From positions 177,242 to 197,241 of the forward strand of contig JBNGIO010006337.1 in NCBI GenBank assembly GCA_049999805.1: a DNA stretch of 20,000 nt. The letters run 5' to 3'. The translations under genes and the position numbers were made by a program. Positions 1-7,476 of this stretch are shown one piece after another. Under the pieces are notes generated by a model. The model did not search any database, was not told the origin of the DNA, and saw nothing but the letters and a program-made list of their open reading frames with translations. Each line of letters starts with the position of its first letter. Position 1 is the stretch's first letter. Source of the stretch: Folioceros fuciformis (taxonomy: Eukaryota).

Positions 1-423
1 TCTTTGCTTATTGATGTGCTGAAAATATGTGGTGAAGAGAGACCTGGTTCTAGGTCGTGGTGATAGCATGGATGTGTGGGCCGTGGTCGTACGTAATCTC
101 TGCACATGTTAACCACGGGCAGGCTGAGACGGGCGTGGAACTGTTATCACCCGATGCGCAGGTCAAGTGTGAAGCGAGATGGGGATGTATTCGTGACAGC
201 CCTGCAGGCTTGTGGAAGAGGAGCGGACTTGAAAACTGGGCAGCAGGACTATGCTGCCGTGTTGGCCAAGGAAGTTGGGCCGCAGCTGTTTGTTTGTGAT
301 TCCTTGTTGGACAGGAATGGAAGGTGTAACAGCTTGGATAAAGCTCCAAGAGTGTGGGATGGACATGGTCACAAGGCTGTGGCGAGGTGGAACACCTTGA
401 TAACGGGTTACTTTCAGCAGGGT
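1..423 (+). pseudogene. Degenerate PLS-class PPR fragment (S-P-L-S-P motif remnants) overlapping the 5' end of the P-class PPR ORF
   Basis: Frame 1 at 1-33 reads SLLIDVLKICG (cf. LIDMYAKCG). Frame 3 reads WSYVISAHVNHGQAETGVEL (P1-like). After a 1-nt frameshift near 147 it continues MRRSSVKRDGDVFVTALQACGRGADLKTGQQDYAAVLAKEVGPQ (L motif), LFVCDSLLDRNGRCNSLDKAPRVWDGHGHKA (S motif) and VARWNTLITGYFQQG (start of a P motif). Stops at 61-66 and frameshifts indicate decay. Confidence 0.75.
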
Positions 424-2583
424 ACCGCGTCCTTGCCACAGAGGCTCTCTGGTCGCAGAGTTTTGCACGGTGTCTTTTCTCTTGTCAGGGAGTTTGCGTC
501 CCATGCAAGACGAGAAAGGAGGCGACTGCAATTCCAGAAGGGTTATAAGGCCGAGAGTCCACATTGTCTTGGTAATAAAACGAAGACGGTAGGTTTGGGG
601 GCTGGGCAGGATCACATTGATCCGTCGAAGACCATTTCACCTTGGTCAGCTGATGTGAAAATTGAAACTCTTGTCCACATTGTGACTCGAGACAAAGACT
701 GGGGGCCACTTACAGAACGATCACTGCAGCAGTTACATATGCGTCTTAAGCCTTATCATGTTCGCGAGGTAGTCAAACAGGTGGAAAGCTTAGATTTGGC
801 TTGGAACTTTTTCAAGTGGGCTGGCGGTCAACCGGAGTATGAACATGACAGTTACACGAAGAATGCAATGGTGAAGAGACTTGGAGAAGCCTGTCGATTT
901 GACGAGCTGATGGTTGTCTTGGAGACTGTTGAAGGAAAGTGCCAGGAGAAGGATGTGTTTGCCTTCACTACAGCGATGCAATGTCTTGGCAAAGCCAAGA
1001 AGCCTGACGCTGCCGTAGATCTTTTCAAGAGAATGAAACAGCTTGGCTGCCAGCCCGACGGTGTCACGTACAACTGTCTGATCGCCATACTGGTGAAGGG
1101 TGGGCGCATCATGGATGCACACAGCTGTTATAAGGAGATGCTCACTTCAGGCTATCAGCCTGATGGATACACGTACAGCAGTCTCATCACAAGTTTTGGC
1201 AAGTTAGGACAGGTGGACGAGGCTGTTAAGCTCTTTAAAGAGATGAAGAACCAGGGAGTAGCTCCCAATGTAGTGACTTACTCGTCCATGATGAAAGCCC
1301 ATTTTGTGGCATGTCAATACGAAGATGCTTTCAAAATGTTTGAGCTCATGAAGCAGGAGGGTCTTGTGCCGGACGTGGTGGTGTACAATACCCTCATCTC
1401 TGGCCTCAGCAAAGATGGAAAAGTCGACAGTGCGCTGAAGCTATTTGAGGACATGATGAAGAGTAAGGCTGCGAACCCTGACAGTGCCACTTTCTGCTCG
1501 ATACTGGATGGGCTTGCGAAGGTGGGCTACGTGGACGACGCGGTTCGAATATTCAAGGAAATGAAGATTCGACTTCTTCCAGACGTGAAATGCTACAATG
1601 CGGTAATGGACGGGCACAGACGGACAGGAAGGGTGGAGGATGTCATGTTGTTGTACCGGGAAATGAGACAGGAGCAGGTGGTGGCTGACTTGATCACCTT
1701 CAACACTGTCATCGACGCCCTGAGCAGGGCGGGCAAGGTGGACGAAGCGTACGTCATGTTCGAGCAGCTCCAACAGGAAGGTTTCACTCCCGACATATTC
1801 ACATATTCGTCTCTCATCGACGCTCTTGCAAAGGCCAGCAAAGTGAGTGAAGCCATGAGTTTTTTCCTCGTTATGAAAGGGAGGGGAGTGGAACCCACCG
1901 TGGCCTTGTACCAGGTGCTGATCGGAGCCCTAGCCAGGTCGGGCCAGGTTACAGAGGCAGTGAAGCTGGCAGACGAGGTGGTGGAAAAAGGATGGGTTTT
2001 GGGGGTCATCACTTTCAACATCTTGATCGACGTGCTGGGCAAGTCGGGGGAAACGGGCAAGGCCTACCATCTGTTCCTGGACATGAAACTGCTGGGCGCA
2101 GAGCCCGACGAGTTCACTTACAGCAGCCTGCTCTCCTCCCTGTCCAAGGCCGGCAAAAGCGCCGAGGCGCGCAAGTTATTCGAAGAGGCCAAAGTGCGAG
2201 GGTTCGCAGACGCGGGGTTCCACATCCTCATGATTCAGGGCTTCTGTAAAGAGGAACGGTGGCAAGACGCGCTGCAGCTGTACCAGGAGCTGCGGGATTC
2301 AGGGTTCATCCCTAGCGCTTCCCTGTTCTGCGGCCTGTTGACGGGGCTGCAGGACGCCGGGAAGATGGGCGAGGTGACGAGCATGATAGAGGACATGCGG
2401 CGGTGCTTGGTGAGCCCCAACGACGCCTTCTGCAACGCATTTCTCGCGGGCCTGGTGCGGGCAGGGCATGTACAGGAGGCCAGGAAGGTGCTGCGAGATA
2501 TGGAAGCCAGGGCCATGGTTCCGGACAGAGGCATGATGGGAACCATGGGTTTGCTGTTGGACGGTGACGCACCTCGTGAGTAG
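106..2583 (+). CDS. Pentatricopeptide repeat protein, P-class (~16 tandem ~35-aa motifs), probably an organellar RNA-binding protein; true start uncertain
   Basis: 825-aa uninterrupted ORF. From ~nt 845 to ~2530 about 16 canonical P motifs can be read (e.g. DGVTYNCLIAILVKGGRIMDAHSCYKEMLTSGYQP, DVVVYNTLISGLSKDGKVDSALKLFEDM, DIFTYSSLIDALAKASKVSEAMSFFLVMKGRGVEP). They follow the typical P-class leader 'WGP..E..L......L.P..V..V.......LAWNFFKWAG.QP.Y.HD.YT'. There is no E/DYW tail. An in-frame TAA lies at 94; in-frame ATGs are at 106, 154, then 739. Confidence 0.93.
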   Translation: MLTTGRLRRAWNCYHPMRRSSVKRDGDVFVTALQACGRGADLKTGQQDYAAVLAKEVGPQLFVCDSLLDRNGRCNSLDKAPRVWDGHGHKAVARWNTLITGYFQQGTASLPQRLSGRRVLHGVFSLVREFASHARRERRRLQFQKGYKAESPHCLGNKTKTVGLGAGQDHIDPSKTISPWSADVKIETLVHIVTRDKDWGPLTERSLQQLHMRLKPYHVREVVKQVESLDLAWNFFKWAGGQPEYEHDSYTKNAMVKRLGEACRFDELMVVLETVEGKCQEKDVFAFTTAMQCLGKAKKPDAAVDLFKRMKQLGCQPDGVTYNCLIAILVKGGRIMDAHSCYKEMLTSGYQPDGYTYSSLITSFGKLGQVDEAVKLFKEMKNQGVAPNVVTYSSMMKAHFVACQYEDAFKMFELMKQEGLVPDVVVYNTLISGLSKDGKVDSALKLFEDMMKSKAANPDSATFCSILDGLAKVGYVDDAVRIFKEMKIRLLPDVKCYNAVMDGHRRTGRVEDVMLLYREMRQEQVVADLITFNTVIDALSRAGKVDEAYVMFEQLQQEGFTPDIFTYSSLIDALAKASKVSEAMSFFLVMKGRGVEPTVALYQVLIGALARSGQVTEAVKLADEVVEKGWVLGVITFNILIDVLGKSGETGKAYHLFLDMKLLGAEPDEFTYSSLLSSLSKAGKSAEARKLFEEAKVRGFADAGFHILMIQGFCKEERWQDALQLYQELRDSGFIPSASLFCGLLTGLQDAGKMGEVTSMIEDMRRCLVSPNDAFCNAFLAGLVRAGHVQEARKVLRDMEARAMVPDRGMMGTMGLLLDGDAPRE

Positions 2584-3470
2584 CGTGCGGAGCAGACTGG
2601 GGACACGGGCCTCCGCTGATTCGATTCCCAGGCCCGCTGTCCACTGGCCGGGCCGGCCCTTGTCCGACGAGCCGCCCGGAAGCTTCGCGGTATTACTGGG
2701 TTGAGGAAATAGCGGGTGAAAGGCCGCCGGCGCCTTGGTCCCGTGATGGCACGAGCGAATTGCCGTGCTCCTTGTCATGCACGTGGTGGCATTGCGTGCG
2801 AAGCCCGGCGCTGCATCGGATTTCCGTTGCCCGCTGCCAATGGCTGGCGGGGAATTGCCGCACATGGGCGGGCGATGGGTCTCAGGCCCAGGATGTGCCA
2901 AAGAGAGGTGGAGGAATGCGCCAGTGCTGGGTTCCACGTGTAACAAGAGACGAGACCAATTTGGTAATGGTGAGTCAGGAAACGCGGCCATCCCTTGCTC
3001 CTTCCAAGCTCCCGTACCTATCAGATATTGTTGGAGAGTGTGGGGGTCACACAGGCAGGGCAGGCCCCACACGCATTGCTTTTTGGTCTTTTGGGCTAGG
3101 ATGTTCTCTGACGATGAGAACAGGCGTTTTGGCTCCTGCGGAATAGAAATATTCATAAGCTAATGGACTAGGCGCTGCACACGAGAATGGCATGGACTTA
3201 TCGCGACGAAGAGATACTCCCGCAAGGGCACGTCGTCTCTGAATTACATACCATGGGGACATATGGCAGCCATGAGAACGGGTACCACAACAAAGAATCA
3301 GGATTTTGTGTTGGACTGCACATGCTAGGTCAGCTGCCAAAATTCAAGATTCCAAAGACTTCTCTAAGACAGAGATTTGACCAGGAATTCCGACCCACAA
3401 CCGTACCTCCCATGGCAGGAAGGCGAGCTACAATGACGCGGCCGAAGTTCGGTTTCTCGACACGGGATTG

Positions 3471-5569
3471 TTAGTGAATTTGCAGTTGCTGTAGATGCTG
3501 GGAATTGGAGGACAAGGGATTGCTGGTGGCATCCGGGGTTTCATTCCCCACACCAGGATCGGTGCCGACGCGCAATGCACGAGCCGGGGTAGAAATTCCC
3601 TGCTCCTCGCGGGCGGGTCCGGGTGTCTGCTGCCGGGCAGGCAGGGAGGAAGGGGATGAGGATTCGCTGCGCCCCGGGGATGCGGTCCGTTGTTGAGGAG
3701 GTGAGAGAGGGCGCATACGGGCTCCAGAATCGCTTGGACTGGAACCTCGCATGTCGATGTCATAGGGCGCCTTCCCACGTTGCCTGCAGTACACATCGCC
3801 AGGACTACAAACAGGTGAGTCAGTGTAGGCGTGGAGATGGCAAGCGCTGAGGAAGATAGACTGGGTGAAGCCTCACCTACCTCCCTTTTCGTTTCTCCAA
3901 AAAGCGAGCTAGTGATTGCTTCCGAGCTTGTGGTAGTTCTGCTGAAGGAGGCACGCGTGAGGTGAGACCGGCGCTCAGGGTTTAGGCATAGTATTAGTCA
4001 ATTAGGGGGGAGTTGAGGAGCTACCAGGAGTGAAAGGTCTGGCAGTGTGAGACATCCCTGAAGGAATTATCGGGGACGAGCTGAGCGCCGGGGCTGAGGA
4101 AGAGGAAGTCGCGATAGTGAGGTTGGTGGGTACGGTCGGACTGGATGGGTTCGCTGGTGACATAGTGAACGTGCTCCCACTCGCAGCAAGCAGCATGATT
4201 GCACGCGCCTGCAAGCCACACAGTTGCCCATTAGCATCTTCCTGCCCTGTTTCCGCGCTGATGCATCCTGCTACAGTGTGTCTTGCACAAGCATGCACCC
4301 GCCCAGCCCATCTATCCACCCACCAACCCACCTTGTCTTCCGGCACATCGTTGTAGGTGTTCACCGTGCCAGCGTAGAAAATGGTGAGCTGGGCTGTTGT
4401 CTTCCCGGGAGCTTGCGGTCCACCAGGCCTGAGTTGCCATGCCAAGCTCTAGTCACCGCGAAAAGCCTGGGCATCAAAGGGCCAGGCCAGGCCAGGGCAG
4501 CGAAGAGCAGAGCAGCGGCCATGCTTAGCAAAGGAAGTAGCATACCTGCCGGCCGGTGGCGTCTGCGGAGAAGAGGCGCGCGGCAGCATGCCGTGCGGAA
4601 TCAGTCTTTGGGGAATAAGGGCGGATGGGTCCCGCGCCGGGCTGCCGTTGGGGCTTTGGCTGCTGTGGTTCGGGGCCTGCATCACTGTGCTGCGGCCGTT
4701 GAGCCTATGAAGTCCAGGAATCGGCGACCCGAAGCCGCCATGGTGAGCGAACCCTGAAGGCAGACGCTGGCCGTCGGCACCCACAGGGATAGCTAGGGAT
4801 AGGCCGGAGGCAGGCGATGACGCGTTGTGCTGAGCTTGAGCTTGACCAAGACGCATGGGATGCTGGTCACCCTGTACGTCAACAGAACCATAGCCACAAA
4901 CGAACGCAGGGTGGGGTTAGGCCAGGCCAGGTCAAGATGCAGAAGCCTTTAGAGAACGAGAAGGGAAGATCCAATAGCGTTACAGGTGAGGAAGCCGGGG
5001 GCTCCGCGTTTTCCAATGCGCTGCGTTGGAGACGCCTTTCCGGAGAGTGCGCCTTGGGCAAGTGGGTGAGCGAGCCGAGGCGAGCATCGAGCTGCTGCTG
5101 CTGCAGCATGCCTGCGTAACCCAAAGGAAAAGGAAAGGGAAAGGAGTGAGCTGCCGGCAGCATTCACGAAAATTGAAGGGCCTTCAAGGGAAGGGAAGGG
5201 CACGGATCGCTGCAAGGGAAGCGCAGAGAAGGGAGCCTTACCTTTCAATTGCAGAAAGAGCTGATAGTCCTCGTCCGTCAAGCGGGGACCCGCAATGTCT
5301 CCGGCAGCGCTAGCGCTGCCGGAGGAGGCTTGGAGAGGAGGGGAAGGCTCCACCTGTGCGTGCACCTCCTGCTTCTGCTGCTGAGTCTGTGGTGTGGCCC
5401 GGAGAGGTGACTTATCACCCATGTCCACGGCTGGAGAGGAAGCCGAAAGCTGAGCCGGCGCAGGGTCAGCAGCAGCGTCCGCCATGTCCCTCTCTCCTCC
5501 ACCTGATGAGGAACCACCGTTCCCGTTCCCACTTGCCATGGGAAAGAATTCCCTGGCTTCCTGCGCCAT
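3471..5569 (-). CDS. JAZ: TIFY-family jasmonate ZIM-domain (JAZ) repressor, 7 exons, ~478 aa
   Basis: Exons (minus strand): 5569-5242, 5111-4984, 4871-4546, 4428-4332, 4208-4025, 3941-3881, 3783-3471. All introns are GT-AG, phases are consistent, and the total is 1437 nt. ZIM/TIFY domain: AQLTIFYAGTVNTYNDVPEDK|ARAIMLLAASG. Jas motif: ELPQARKQSLARFLEKRKG-R|QRGKAPY, split by the characteristic phase-2 Jas intron (3784-3880). Confidence 0.95.
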
Positions 5570-6005
5570 GGCTACCCGGTCAAAGGCTCGTCAAGCCGTG
5601 GCCAGGTGAGGCCTGGCCGCCAAGCCTCCGTGCGTGCTCGCTCCCAGCTGGTTGTTCGCGCAGACAGATACAGACATCGGACGAAGGAGACGTTGCTGCT
5701 GCAAGCTTGGGCAAGGACGGGGACAAGGACAAGGCTGAGGCTGAGGCCAAGAAGGTGGAGGAAGAGAAGGCGATTTCGTGAGAGACGATGATCACAGGCA
5801 GCCGCGGAAGAAGAGGAAGGTGAGAGACGGAACACAGAGACACAGCCAGAGGCCGTGTGGCCCCTGCATTTTGAGGAGACGGCAAGACGAGACCAGACTT
5901 GGGTAGGAGGAAGGGAAGCCCACCTCAAGGTTCATGCGGCTACACCTCCAGCCTCCACGCCAGGACCCCAACCCGCACCCACACCCGCGCCGGGACCCAA
6001 ATACG

Positions 6006-6011
6006 CACGTG
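6006..6011. promoter_or_regulatory. G-box (CACGTG), candidate MYC/bHLH site in the JAZ promoter
   Basis: Perfect CACGTG ~440 bp upstream of the JAZ ATG. JAZ genes are known feedback targets of MYC-class bHLH factors via G-boxes. A 6-mer can occur by chance. Confidence 0.4.
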
Positions 6012-6084
6012 CTTTGCATGGCCCCAAGGAATTAAACAACGGCTCCGCCATTCGCGCGCGTCACTGCCACCGACCTACCAAACC

Positions 6085-6293
6085 GCCAGGCTTATTCGTC
6101 ACTACAAAGTAATGGAAGGCACGAAACCCGAAGCGCCAGGTCGACATGGTCATGTCTTTGTTTGCATCATGCTAAGCACAAAGTCACTGTGTCCATAATC
6201 TGAGCTCTAATAACAGAGTGCCTGGCCGTAATGCATGCCGTTCCGGATCATTGTAATCTCACTGCAGCGTAACCGTAACTGTTTTATTCTAGC
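6085..6293 (+). repeat. Left terminal inverted repeat (~209 bp)
   Basis: For example CACTACAAAGTAATGGAAGGCACGAAACCCGAAGCGCCAGGTCGACATGGTCATGTCTTTGTTTGCATCATGCTAAGC matches the reverse complement of 7383-7460. Confidence 0.95.
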
Positions 6294-6475
6294 TCTATAC
6301 ATCTACGGCGCGGAAATTTGAAGAGGAGACACCGCAACTACCTTTCAAATGTTCTAAGCCACAAATGCAACGCATCCCGCGCATGTTGCTATTCCGAATT
6401 GCGTCCCAAGCAAAGTGCACACCCAAGCGGCGTCAATCCGAACAATCGGGTTGTCTCTACATTCGAAAGATCACG

Positions 6476-6718
6476 ATGGAAGTTGGGTGTAGAAATGCAA
6501 ATGTTCTCGTTCAGCCACAAACGTGCCCTTTCACTGTTCAAACTCCTTGCCCAGGACCTTTCTCAGAGGAAACCCTGGAATGGCAAGATGTTGTGCACAC
6601 AATCCGGAAGAAAGTTAGTCATGTCAAACCTTTTTACATTCCATGGGGAAGATATGCAGATTTCATTGTTGGGGAAGAGGCATCAAAATTCCTTGCAACG
6701 AAGTTGGTACCCTTGTAG
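6476..6718 (+). pseudogene. N-terminal fragment of a SWIM-finger/MULE-transposase-related protein (At4g13970/At1g60560-like family)
   Basis: VQTPCPGPFSEETLEWQDVV...FYIPWGRYADFIVGEEASKFLATKL follows the pattern VQxPxxxxFSxxxLxWxxV...IP(F/Y/W)xRxxDF(V/I)xGExxxKxxxTxF that I recall from the N-terminus of this family. It ends at TAG 6716-6718, lies just inside the left TIR and reads inward. Similarity is from memory and was not searched. Confidence 0.55.
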
Positions 6719-7172
6719 GGTGGTGAGCAATGGCTCTCTTAATGGAGAAGAGGCAAAAGAAATGCCTTCCTTGCAACCCTCTAAGCAAAGTTGAGGCTTC
6801 TCCTCTCACTTCTTTCATACCGAACTCCTACAGAGTCAACCTCATAAAATCCCTTCCCGCTGCTGCGAAAGCGGTTGCCCATGGCTTGGAACTTGAATTT
6901 GCAAGTAGCAATTGTAAACAATAATGCAGCTTGCCACTTACAACTTCCTTACACTTTTTGCACCAACCATTTTGGAAGCTCGCTATGAAACAAGGAACAC
7001 ACCCTCGATACATGTTGCACATGTTCATCTTCTTCCAACTAAGTAATCACTGCTTGGAGATCAATCCTCATCGTGCACTATGGAGCGTGAACTACGAAGC
7101 CTGCTTTCAGTGCGCATTGCTACGCTGTCCTCTCAAAACAAAACACAGGCAACCATGCAATGTAACTTGATA

Positions 7173-7250
7173 CGCGTTGTGAGGTATAAGGCGTTGTCAA
7201 GTAGTAACTCGCGCGTTGTGAGGTATAAGGCGTTGTCAAAGTAACTCGCG
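7173..7250 (+). repeat. Two-copy tandem duplication (39/37-bp unit) next to the right TIR
   Basis: CGCGTTGTGAGGTATAAGGCGTTGTCAA(GT)AGTAACTCG occurs at 7173-7211 and 7212-7248. Confidence 0.95.
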
Positions 7251-7262
7251 CAAGGTCTTTGT

Positions 7263-7476
7263 GCTGGAATACAAACAGTTATGGTTACGCTGCAGTGAGA
7301 TTACAGTGATCCGGAACGGCATGCATTACGGCCAGGTACTCTGTTATTAGAGCTCAGATGATGGACACCACGGTGACTTTGCGCTTAGCATGATGCAAAC
7401 AAAGACATGACCATGACGACCTGGCGCTTCGGGTTTCGTGCCTTCAATTACTTTGTAGTGGTGAATAGCGCCTGAC
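7263..7476 (-). repeat. Right terminal inverted repeat (~214 bp)
   Basis: Reverse complement aligns end to end with 6085-6293. Confidence 0.95.

Larger units (their letters stand above)
6085..7476. mobile_element. Non-autonomous Mutator-like element (MULE), 1392 bp, long TIRs, degenerate 9-bp TSD
   Basis: 6085-6293 is the reverse complement of 7263-7476 (hand alignment: about 13 substitutions and 3 indels over ~210 nt). Ends are G(C/T)CAGG...CCTGAC. Flanking 9-mers are TACCAAACC (6076-6084) and TACCCCACC (7477-7485), 7/9 identical. Long TIRs with a 9-bp TSD are the Mutator signature. There is no intact transposase inside. Confidence 0.85.

Noticed and set aside
2299..3474. ORFs between PPR and JAZ (2299-3156 minus, 2765-3163 plus, 3187-3474 plus)
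   Set aside because: No recognisable motifs. This GC-rich region between convergent genes probably consists of 3' UTRs.
5572..5928. Upstream ORFs as additional JAZ coding exons
   Set aside because: An in-frame TGA at 5591-5593 precedes the ATG at 5569, and the CT-rich sequence looks like 5' UTR or promoter. A uORF role cannot be judged from sequence.
7173..7250. CRISPR-like repeat pair
   Set aside because: Only two directly abutting copies with no unique spacer, no cas genes and a eukaryotic context.
6100..7460. CACTA (En/Spm) element, because CACTACAAAG...CTTTGTAGTG occurs near both ends
   Set aside because: Inverted similarity continues ~15 bp outside the CACTA motifs, and the 3-bp flanks (CGT vs GTG) are not a TSD. 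A 9-bp TSD-like pair flanks the longer boundaries, which fits Mutator better.
6085..7476. miRNA precursor
   Set aside because: The arms are separated by ~970 nt and have TIR/TSD features. It is better explained as a transposon, though it may still yield siRNAs.
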